DNA from: Bigelowiella natans CCMP2755
Taxonomy: Eukaryota > Protista > Cercozoa
Reading direction: 5' to 3'
Assembly (NCBI GenBank): GCA_000320545.1
Contig: ADNK01002368.1
Span: forward strand, 13,464-77,463
DNA length: 64,000 bases
Positions within the stretch are counted from its first letter, which is position 1; each line of letters opens with the position of its first letter. A program made the translations under genes and the position numbers. This document shows, one piece after another, positions 14,701 through 26,579 of the stretch. The notes below the pieces were generated by a model. That model ran no database searches. It was not told where the DNA came from and worked only from the letters and a program-made list of their open reading frames with translations.

Positions 14701-17175
14701 CACACATCCTTCTTCTACATAAAATACTTTCATCATCGTGATTATCAGTATGTTATTATTCTCCTTTCGAACATTTTTTAGAGAACAGGTACCATTTATT
14801 GTCTTTGAAAGACTTTATGTAGGAGTAATAGTGACCACCACGAGCTGTGCCACTGTGTTTTATTGTAGTAAACAAAGTAGATTTGAGTCAATTCCCATTA
14901 AATATGAATCCTCCTGATTTGTCATCGGTTGTGTTTTTGTGAATGTAACAGTACCTGTGCATCATAATCGCAAAGAGATCGTACGGCAGGCCACCCTACG
15001 AGAAGATGACGAGAAGAACCAGAACATGAGGGGGGGGGGGGGGGGGAGAGGAAATGATTAATTCGACCACAAGCCGGTATAACAAAATGATTGGAGTAAT
15101 CTCATCAGTAAAGGACGGGTATGGCTAAATAAGTGGATATATCGTACTACCGTACTACCATTACTACCTCTTTGGTCTCTTCCACATACTTATTCATATC
15201 GATGGTTTCTGCCACAGTAACCTTTTGATTGACCTTGACTCGCTGCATCAACTGCCAATTCATCTTAAATCGACTGAGAGCGATAGTCAATACAGTTGGT
15301 AGTTTTGCCTGTAGTAATGAGTAGAAACCGGTGTTAATGAATGGGAAGGGTGGATTGCTATTGTTATATTAAAAGCCAGCATTTAATAATGTGAAACGAC
15401 CAGGATAATTCTCTTTTCAGCATCGACTTTCTCCTTGGTCTTAGGATGCCTCCATCTGTGACAAGTATAATCATGATGTAAGTATGTATCAACAACTAGA
15501 ATGTGCCAATAAGGGGGGGAGGTTAGTCGTAACTAGTACATAATCGCAATCGATCTATGTACGCTAGAACAGACCTGTTTCCTTCAATGAGCTTTTCAGG
15601 CGCTAGAAACTTCTCAATGCCTTTTTCCACACTGAAATAAAGAACATCTTCTATGTGAATGATAACCATGGTGATTTCAACGTGAGCATATTCGTCTTGC
15701 ATACCAAGATTTTTTCTAAATTAGAATGAAGGGTAATTTAATTGAAGAGAACAGGCGTATTCGGAGGTAAAGGGGTATAAATAGAGAGAAAAAGAGAGAG
15801 TGGGTGAGTGAGAGAGAGGGAGGTAGAAAGAGGGGGAGTGTATGCATCTGTGCAACTGATGGATAATATAATGGCAGTGTAGGGCTGATAGAATTACGAG
15901 TCGACATCCTCTGAGAGAGCCAGCTGCAGTTGGTCAAATTTGCTGTCGATTCTCCTCTCATATCCGTCTAGAAAGTAGAGAAGATTTGCAGTAAGAACCC
16001 TCGGCCACAGAGGAATTGTTGATTGATGCTGTTCAACTCTTTATTTATTTGAGACGACAAATACGTACTAATACCTGTCAGTGCTTTGAGGGAATCGATA
16101 GAAGTGCCCATGTAAAGGGTGTTCGTAAATGAGTTGTTTGGATCAACATGTAGCGTTTTCTCCAGTGCATCAAACAGGACTTTCATGAGTTCCTAACGAT
16201 TTCGAAGATTCATGCACATGAGTCAATTTAGTATCAAGGTGCTGCATTTTGCTGATGTCCTTTACCTGGACGTCGTTCTGCTGAAAAGACTGTGCACGAT
16301 CCCAGTGGAATGAAATGGTAAGGCCCTGGTATGCAAAAGTAGGTAGGTAACCATGATGATGAATGACACATGAGCAAACACAAAACAAGGATAGTTTGGT
16401 GAAATAGAATAATCTGAGTGAAGATTGGAAGGGCACGCGATACAGTCGTTGTTGCGTCTACTTTCATGGAAAAACTTATTTTTTTTAATTTATTTATTTT
16501 TAAGTACTTAATATAATTGTGGCTGTAGTTATATCTTCATTACTATCGTGTAATGGAGACATATTGCCACCGTGCATCATCTTCTCTCTATACCTTGGTA
16601 TTTACAGCTGGTTGTTTGGACTTTGCGAGGCGTGCAAACTGTTGAAATATCATTTAAAATAGTAATAAGATACTAAAAAGAAAAATAAGTAGGTGAAACG
16701 CTCGTTTTCAGAATAACTGTTTGACCAGAAGTTGGAGCTGGTAAGGAATGCAAAACTTTGGGTCGCCATCCCTCTCCTTATCGTATCTTGGTTGTCATAA
16801 TGAATGAAAGTGATGATTGGAAGAATGAGAATAAACATATTGAATAGGACAACCGAAACTCAAAGATCGAAGCTCTGAACTGAGGCGTCATATACAAGGC
16901 CTGAAGCATGCTGTTAAGGTAGCATGTTGCTCCCTGTTTTAAATTAGATATATCAATCGCGATGCATCTTAATGCTTCAATATTTAAATACGTCATAAAA
17001 ACCTGGTTGAACAGCCCCACGAAGCCTGTGTGGCTTTTCCCACAAAATATGAACTGGAAATAGAGTATTAATAACTTTTAACATTCTGACAATGAAAACT
17101 GAGTGCATGGGGTACCTTCCCCCCGCCCCCAATTGGACGTTCCTGTGGTTTTTTCGTTTCTTTCGCTTCACTCAT
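7354..17175 (-). CDS. USP47: Ubiquitin carboxyl-terminal hydrolase, USP47-like, multi-exon
   Basis: Cys box GFVGLFNQ|GATCYLNSMLQALYMTPQFR. His box YDLFAIMMH|SGTARGGHYYSYIKSFKDNK|WYRFND. C-terminal EKALKIW resembles the USP47 tail. Stop after GIKLEF at 7354. Confidence 0.85.
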
Positions 17176-18189
17176 AGCGCTTGAAGTTTATTTGTCTGAA
17201 TTTTATTTGAAGAGTGGACCGACAATAGTTGAGGGCCATGAAATCCTTGAATTCGCTAGCTTGCAAATGCATATTTGTTGAAGCATCAGAGGAAAACATG
17301 TGGGGAGCATGAGGGAGATGCATGAGGAAACATATATTATAGTAATTCAATATACAAAGTAATTGGCTATGTAAGAAATTATTCTTCTCAATTGGTTTCG
17401 CTGAGGTGTGAAGGGGGGGGGGGGCGGGGGATCTAGAGTCTACGTGTAAAAGATTCCACCTTTCTGAGAATCTTCGCCCACCCGCGAAGCTATTCGGTGC
17501 AAGTGTTGTTCAGCAACTCACAATACAATTCCAGGTACTTATTTAGCTACGACATCCACATGAGATAGACGTACAACAAAATAGAACTTTTGTGAGATTT
17601 TTTCTTCGTTTATGTCTGTACAATCCCGAATTCGGAAGTCGCATGGTTTCAAATGATGCCTCTTGCAATCTGATTTGCTGTTGTAACGATCGATCCTCAA
17701 AAATGATCATTGAGTGCTATTATTTAGCGAATTCGAACTTGCGACAAGCTAATGTGCGCTCTCAAAATTGCAAAATGCACATTTCACAGCTGCATCACTA
17801 GAGAAATGCAGGGAACTTTTGTGATTGTAGAGGAATACGGGAGCGACGCGGTCCACGAGCAACTCGTAGTGAAAGTTTGATTAAAATAACATGAATATGA
17901 AGCTAGAGACATCCAATTATATATGTCGCTGCTACAATACAAATCCACGGATTTCTTCTCGGAAATCAGTGTCAAATTCTCGATATGGATTTCCAGTAAT
18001 CACGGGACTTTCCAAAAGAAAATTGATAAAGTATATCATACTTTAGAAGAGACATAGAGATAAAGAACAAATGACTGAATATTAGAGCCTATGATCAGCG
18101 TGGCCCGAAGAATTTGAATCTGCATTTCCAGAGAGATCCTAATCGACGTCGCCCCCCCCTCAGTCCGTGCCTTATTTTCTGATTAAGGC

Positions 18190-20832
18190 ATGATTGTCTA
18201 TTTCGCATATGCTACCGCCGCCCTTGTGCTGGCTTTTGCGGCATACATTATCTTGGTAAGAACACACAAAGTTTCCATTTGTTTCTACCCCATTAAGTGA
18301 CCATGGCCTGAGAGCAAAATAGTTTCTCGATGATCCGTAATTTGAGTGAAAGCTGCGTTTATTTCGTCCGGAAAGTGGTTAGAAGGATTCCGTAGTAAGA
18401 TATATGCAGACACATAACTATTGCAGATAAATCCAAAGTCATCAAATTATTATTCCATTGAGAAGTCCTTTGTGGTCGCCTCCCTTAGAGCGCCTCCAGT
18501 CCGGTGAGGACGAAGGAAGGGAAGTCTCTTGCTCTTCCACCGGTGCGAAAAAATGCATTTACACATAGTTCTATCATTTATTATGAAAATCCAAGATATT
18601 GCGCGATAACTGATATTCTACCTACGAGATATCATGGTGAGAAATGCTTACAATATCAGGTTTTTTCTCCTAGCATTCCACTAATTGGAGGCCTTGTTGA
18701 GTTCATGAAGCACCCGCTTGAGGCTGTACGCAAGGGCTACAAAAAGCATGGAGACATCTTCACTATTTCAATGTTAGGGAAACGCCTAACCTTTCTCGTT
18801 GGGCCGAAAGGTGGAAAATTAACTCTTACAGATATTTGTACATACACACATATGCGCACATGTATGTAGAAAAATAAATATTTGTATACATCGTGTTGAT
18901 TCATCTGAATCACTGTGTATTTTCGCTGTTGCATATACCTGCTTACGTGTCTTGCAGCTGGGGAGGTGTTTTTCTCCGCAACAGATGCCGAGCTGGGTCA
19001 AGAGGAAGTCTACAAATTTATGACAGCGGTCGGTTGCTGTCCTGGGCAGAATTTGTTATATTTTATGTGCGATGCTCTTTATGGTTAATAATTAGTCACA
19101 TATGTGGATCCCTTGCTATCACTGCTTTTGCCTGATAAAGATATATCGTAATAATGTGAGCAGGTTTTTGGAAAAGGCGTTGTCTATGACTGCCCAGCTA
19201 ACATAAGGTGATCATTTCGTTGTAGTATACACCACAACCTTCTATATAATGAACACGAATCTAATAATACAGTCTTTATGGCTCGTTTCTTGCCCTCTTT
19301 GTCATTCCCGTCTTATTAATCTCCTTTTTACGACATGCATCTTCGATTTCGTGTTCTTGATTGTCGCAACTTCAGATCTCAACAATTCAAGTTTCTTGGC
19401 AAGGGCCTCAAAACTGAGCGGTAGGGGGGGAGACTGAAAGAGAGTGGACAACACGAACCTGCATTCAAAGACACACGCATTAACATGTTTATATGCCGAG
19501 GTTGAAGGATGGATTTGTAGTTCATTTGCATTGTAAATTCTGACAAAAGATCATATAGTCGATTCTTGTTTTTGGCCCCCGTCCTTGCTTAGTCTAAAGT
19601 CATACGTGCCATTGATCATGGAGGAATGCAAGAAGTATTTAGATGAAAAGCTAACCGGGGAGGTAATACTAGTATTAGCACCACCTATATTAGCACCACC
19701 TATATATATCATTTCTCGTCGTTAAGGGCAAATGTTTGGCTGCATATATCAGTTCTCTCTTCATTATGACCAAAGTCTTATGCTGTTTGATTCTCATTCT
19801 CCCTTCTCCTCACAATCCCCCCTCTTTCCAGAGCGGAGAGATCGACATTTTGGACACAATGAGCGAGATGCTAATTCTGACGTAATTGAATTGATTGTTG
19901 CCAGCATCCATTCATTGATTTACAATGTTTCGGAGCATTTTACTTACCTACCCGCGGTAGCTACTTTCCCATCTCCTCCTCTCCTCCACCCCATATTTCT
20001 GATGCCTTCTCTCCCTTTCTACGTTCCTTGTTGTAGCTCATCCCGTTGCTTGATGGGAGAAGAAGTGCGGAAAAACCTATTTGGCCAGGTGCTACACCAC
20101 ATGAATCAATTCCCTTCTTATTAAGATCATTGAGACAGCAGCTGTGACCAATCACGCTGATGTGATGATGAAGATGATGACGATGATGATGATGACGATG
20201 ATGCTGGTCCTGATATACTCGCGTCTTTTTGTTGATCTTTAAAAGGTTGCAGCACTGTACCACGACCTCGATCAAGGTAGTCGAAAAGTAGTAACAGTAG
20301 TGAAGAGATTCACCGCCGAGTGTCAAGAAGGAAGAGGAGGAAGAGGATAGCTACTTTCGGGGATGATGGAAGAGAAACGATGTATATATGAGGGCGGGGA
20401 GGAAGGAAAGAGAGCGATAGAGAGAGAGAGAAGGAACAGAAGGACAAAGATGAAGAAAAGGACTAGCACTCGGATCAAACAGCAATCCCTCCTAACGAAT
20501 ATCATGATGCTATGTTGTAAGGCATCACCCCATTGTCTGTCTTCTTCCCAAATCTTCCTACACCTGCACACCGACGACGTGATATTGCTCGAGCCGAGAT
20601 GGTCAAGCTCTTTGGCAAGGTCATAAGTCTACAATCTCGATTATCTTTGCTGCTTTTGACAACCAAACGCATGAAAGAGAGCAAAGAAGAATATTATGAC
20701 TAACACAAACTGCTTTTGTTGTGTAATAAATTCAATCTTAGGTTATTCGTGAAAGACGCAGTAGGAAGGATATCGATACTTCAGATATGCTTGGGTGCTG
20801 TTAAGATAAACACTCCCGTTTGACTCCCTCTT

Positions 20833-20874
<42 letters not shown>

Positions 20875-21083
20875 AATGGCCATGGAAGCACATAAGTACT
20901 TTCTCGAGGGAGATTGGATGATTGGGTAGAGGTGGGAGGAAATGGGAAATATGTTCTCTGTTCAGTATTGATGATAATAAATTCGTCGTCTTTGTTGAAG
21001 GTATCTTTGCACTGTGCGCTACAAGCCAGCTAAGGGTAATAATCATATTGCAAAATAGATTTGAGAACATAGTGTTAATGAGT

Positions 21084-21120
<37 letters not shown>

Positions 21121-21835
21121 ATGTAGAGCAAGTATGAACCACTTATTAAGTTATAAATCGTCGTTATTCAGGCGAGAAGGAGGGCCGTCTCCTCACTGTT
21201 GATGAGATCACGGGGTGAGTAGTAAGTGGTAATGATGGTGGTGGTGATGGTGGTGCGGTATCTAACGATGAATGGAGAAGAATAATGATGATATGTAAAT
21301 CTAATAACGTTTTATGTCACCACATTGGTCGCAATCATCATCATCATCATCATCATCATCAGATTTCTCATCGGCCTGCTTTCGCTGGGCAACACACCTC
21401 TTCAGTAACCTCCACGTGGTCGGTGTTGTAATAACCCAGATAAAGGGTGGGGGGGGGGGGGGTAGTGTACTAATGGGAAGACACGAAAATTGTTAAGACG
21501 ACAACAACGTATGAAACATCGCCAAGCTCCTCACTGTCCATGCTAAAATACTAGCTGTTGTTGCTTCTCCTGTTGGTGCTGTCACTGCTAAAGCATCATC
21601 ATCATCATCATCATCATCATCGTCATCACCACCACCACCATCCTATCCTATCTACCTTCTTATCATACCCTCGACCGACAATCCCCTACCCTCCAGGTCG
21701 ATCTTGTACATGATGCATACCAAATCTAGAGGCTATTATGACAGAATGTGCAAAGAGCTGGCGGATTTCGGCGACAAGAAGAAGGTGAGATTTTTTTTCA
21801 GATATAATATAAATATATATATATATATATATATA

Positions 21836-21875
<40 letters not shown>

Positions 21876-22756
21876 ATGTTAATGTAATAGATATTATGGT
21901 CATCATATTATAAAACGATCGAGTACAAGGACTTTCTTCTTCCCCCGTCCCCCCATTGTTTCTATTGCAGTCTTTCCTCCTCCTCCTCCCCCGCCTCATC
22001 ATCATCCTCCTCTTCCTTGTCCCAATAATCCGTCCTTTATTCGTCGGTCTCTCTGTGGTTCCTCTTTTCTTCTCCTTCTTCTTCTTTACAGGGGGGTACT
22101 GTGGAGGTTGATTACGAGGATACAACGAAGATGAAGTATTCACATTCAAATAGAAATAGTGTGTGTGTGTGTGTGTGGGAGAGAGAGAGAGAGAATGAAG
22201 AGTAAAAAGTAGGGCGGGTTTGGGTCGTCGTTTTACAATCGCCAACAGTAATAACAACAATCATCATCATCATCATGATCATCTCTCTCTACTACCAATC
22301 CAGATTCACAGAAGCTTGCATCCAAGAGGGCCTACGCATGTACCCCCCCCTTATTCTACTTATGCGCATGGCACGGAAGGTAGCAAAGCTGGTATGGTAG
22401 AGGGGGTGTTGATTCAAGAAGGGATTGGAGTTTAGCTTATCGATTTCTTCGAGCTTCTTTTCATATCTCACTACAGCAGTGAACTTAGATAGATTGTAGG
22501 CGACTATTGTCTATCATCATCATTATCATTTTAGAATTATTGGAAGAACGAATTACACACGCACACACACACACACACACATACAGGGGCGTGAATACGG
22601 CAAATACGGGATACCGAAGGGAGACATCGTTGTTACGTCCCCCGCAGCATCTATGCGCCTTAACAACATCTTCAAGGTTCTACTCACCACAAGGGCGGGG
22701 GGCTGATGCAAGAATGATCTACTTGAGGCAGAAAAAACAAATATTATTTCAGGGAG

Positions 22757-22808
<52 letters not shown>

Positions 22809-23265
22809 GGAGATGAATGTTATCTATGTCGAGCCACCAGATCACCATCATCGTCAGTTTTTTAGATCTAATTTTTGCAATGATTTTGTCCTTCCCGCGC
22901 TGTTTGTTTCTGTTCTTTTTCCTCCCCCTCCTCATCTTGCTTCTTCGTTGCATCGTCGTCTTACTACCCAGGGCGCTGATTCTTACAACCCTGAGCGATG
23001 GTTCGCTGCTAAGGTAACAATCAAGTAGAAACGTACGATTCATATTGAGGGGGGGGGGGATTAAGGGAGGATCGAGCACATGCAAAATGATTCATCTCAC
23101 CGCCACTAACATTGAATAATATACTACTACAGGACCTTCCTAGATACTCTTTCATTGGATTTGGTGGTGGTCGCCACGCATGTTTGGGCGGAGCTTTCGC
23201 GTAATCACACACACACACACAATATATAGATATTAAAAAATCTATATTTATCAATTCATTCATTC

Positions 23266-23311
<46 letters not shown>

Positions 23312-23924
23312 TACAAAAGCTGCATGATATGATAGATAAGTAGTGTTTGATTCCTTGAATGTAATGAAATGAAAAGTAAGAGCAGTTATCATCTCGCTCC
23401 ACACACACAGTTGATTCATGCTCTCATCCCCATTCTTGCCCCCTTCCTCAATGCGGCTAATCAGATACCTGCAAATGAAATGCATTTTCACTGTACTCTT
23501 CAACACCTATGACCTCGAAGCTGTTTCCGACAAAATGCCACTGCCCAACTACGCAGCGATGGTAGCAAAATAAGAGAGAGGAGTATGTAGTAGCCTGATC
23601 TTGCAAATACAAGCACGCACGCACTCATGTATTCAGACCGCTATCTATCACGACGACTTCGGGATCATCTTGTGCATCTTTATCATGTTTATTATGCAGT
23701 AGGAAGCAGGAATAATTCGTATCGTATGCTGTACGACTACTACTACTACTACTTTACTACGCATCATCATCAGCATCATCATCATCATGATCATCATCAT
23801 CATCAGGTGGTGGGACCTCACCATGGAAAAGAAACACGTGTGCGCTACCGTCGAAAGAGCCCTCAAGACATCCAAAAGTCTCTTGACCTCAAAATACCCG
23901 AGATCCGGACGGAGAGGTGAAGAC

Positions 23925-23962
<38 letters not shown>

Positions 23963-24312
23963 GACAATGAATGATAGCGAGGAGGGACGTGGGAGGGGGG
24001 GGAGGATAGAAAAACTGGCCACAAGCACTTGGCAGGATAACCACATGTGAAAGAAGACCAAAACAACTCCATCTGACCCACTCTGTTCCCATTGGAATAT
24101 TACCAGCAAAATAAGCAATGATTGTAGTTGTGTTTATCAATATGTTAATACATGTACCGAGCAGCTCAAAACTGCTGCCCCCCGATGACAAGAAGGCAGA
24201 GGAATTCACGTTAGAAGAGGTGGTGTCGACTATATGGACCCTGCCCCGCCCTCATGTCCCTTCTCTTCCTTTCTATCAAGAACGTGGTTCCACCTCCTAC
24301 AGATATGATATA

Positions 24313-24354
<42 letters not shown>

Positions 24355-24463
24355 TTCAGGTGAAAAAGCACAACACGGAGAAGGATCTTTGGGTTGTGGT
24401 AGATGACCTTGTCTTCGATATCAGCGAATATGTTCCGCAGCACCCTGGGTACTTCTTCTTCTT

Positions 24464-24494
<31 letters not shown>

Positions 24495-24498
24495 CCGT

Positions 24499-24568
<70 letters not shown>

Positions 24569-25054
24569 GTAGAAGTGCCACTACCTAGAAAGTAACAATT
24601 AACTTAGTAAGAGAACAATGATGCGTTATATATAAGCTGCTGTGTTCTCGTCCCGTATCTTTCCTTCATTGCGAACTATGGCTACCTGTGTTTGCTGCTT
24701 GTGTACCACTTGGCTTATTATTCATACACACACTCTACCCCTACCCCTCCCCCTCCCCCTCCTACAGAGGACTCAAGATCCTCAACAACGCTGGTGGAGA
24801 CTCAACAAAAGGCTTCAAAGGTGATGATAACGGTGGTAGTGTGGGTAGCGTGTGCGCGCGTGCGTGTGTGCGTGCGTGCGCGCGCGTGTGTGTGTGTGTG
24901 TGTGTCGCGACGATCGTGTGAACAGAATTACTCGCTATTCTTGTTGCTAATGATTTCTTTTGAATCCTTGCCACTCCCAACAGGCCCTCAGCACCCGGCA
25001 CATGTGATGAACACTATTATGGAATTTTACAAGGGAAAACTCAAGAAAGAATAA
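18190..25054 (+). CDS. CYP51: Sterol 14-alpha-demethylase CYP51 fused to a C-terminal cytochrome b5 domain, multi-exon; apparent 1-nt deletion at about 21381
   Basis: N-terminal TM (MIVYFAYATAALVLAFAAYIIL). YKFMTAVFGKGVVYDC, I-helix (F)AGQHTSSVTSTW, EGLRMYPP, NPERW, heme motif FGGGRHACLG. RVRYRRK continues through a phase-compatible intron (23917-24164) into the b5 domain, which ends at TAA 25054. Confidence 0.9.
24165..25054 (+). CDS. Cytochrome b5 heme-binding domain (CB5LP-type), last four exons of the CYP51 fusion
   Basis: Exons 24165-24219, 24360-24448, 24768-24820 and 24984-25054 give FTLEEVKKHNTEKDLWVVVDDLVFDISEYVPQHPGGLKILNNAGGDSTKGFKGPQHPAHVMNTIMEFYKGKLKKE*. Both axial His present (HPGG, GPQH). 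No C-terminal TM. Confidence 0.9.
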
Positions 25055-25949
25055 GCGTATCATCATCATCCAAGAAAAATCTTGGTCGAGATTGCAACCG
25101 TTTGTGGCGCGAGTGCCTAATCATCAGTTGAATCTTGTCATGTGCTGCTTACGGGTCCTATGATATGTCCTCGATCACTGTGCAATGCATGCGCACAATG
25201 TCTACGTCATAAACCTCACGTAGTAGTTCCTGCAAAATATGTGCATATCTTCTGTGGCGCTAATTGTTCGCGATCGAATGACTCTAGGACTAGCAGACGG
25301 CTCGCAATGCATGTGCGGCTAATACGAGCTTGTCGGGCTAAAAAATTAAGGCTTAAATGTATAGCGCCGACCTGCTGAAAATGCATCAGCTTTTTAATTC
25401 TGGCTGCTTGAGCGGTGCGATGCTTAATTTTCATAGTTGTTTAATTGCTGCCTTGCTAGCTTGTGCGCGCTGTAGACGTATACACCGCAAAATTCGAAGT
25501 TAGACACGCCTTGTTAGGACATGTATGTCATCACATACACGCCTTTGCTGGTATAAACCATGATATGTATTTTGAAAAAAATTAAAATTATAAAACCAGT
25601 CTCACATATTTGTTATGCGGCAATTATCGAGACATATGTGTGGCGATAGGGAAAATGCGCCTATTCGATCAGAATGCCGGCAAAATAAATAGCGGATACT
25701 GATTGTGTTTCTCATCGTGTTTCTCTTATGTTCGTGCATATCACATGTAAACATACAGCAAGCCATGGGATAGCATGCTGCAACGTGCACATTGTTGTTT
25801 ATATGCAGCACTTTTTGAATGAGTAACATGGTATCGTATGGCACATCTCAGTCCGTTGTCGCTCATTATACAAATTTTGGTATTGGCAATTTCATCATAT
25901 AATTAATTTTGTGTGTCATTAATCATTATTATCAGGCTACACATCATTC

Positions 25950-26543
25950 TCATCGGTGTTGAAATAGCAAGGCGTGGCACTTCACTATGTTGCTTGCAAG
26001 CTCTTCGGATGGTAGGCGCATATCGCACCGATGAACATGAACGATATGAGGATGGCCAGAGCTTGTCTTGATCTTCTGTTGGAGATGATCGACGAATCCT
26101 GCTGTTGCTGCTGCTGCTGATGATGATAATGACGGCAAGGTTACTGCAGGAGTAGCAATCGTTGTGATATCATCATCATCATCATCAATCCCATATCTCA
26201 TACCGTTGGCATAGTCTCCTTCATTCTCCAAACATATCTCATTTATGCCCCCAGCTTTCGAGTGATTGCTGGCCTTGATTGATGGATGCAAATTTTCGAT
26301 CCGTTCTGCCTCCAGGGTGGAATAGCATGCTTCGAGAAATCTCCGGGCTCTAATTGACAAAAACATTGAAGGGACTTGTCATTCTTATCGATACATCGTC
26401 GTCAGCAGCCTTATGCACTTATTGAATGGTTCAGGATGATAATCTCTGGAAAGTAGGAGCAACTGCTGCTGCAGCAGGACAACTCACCTTGCATGGTCGT
26501 TTTTGTACGGGAAAACAGGATGTTCTAGCCGTCTCGTTACCTG

Positions 26544-26579
<36 letters not shown>

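Noticed and set aside
24118-24363. ATG 24118 as the start of an independent cytochrome b5 gene
   Set aside because: Only about 200 bp after the CYP51 exon, with an intron-like (GCT)n/G-run sequence between, and a phase-perfect splice exists. Fusion is more parsimonious, though not proven.
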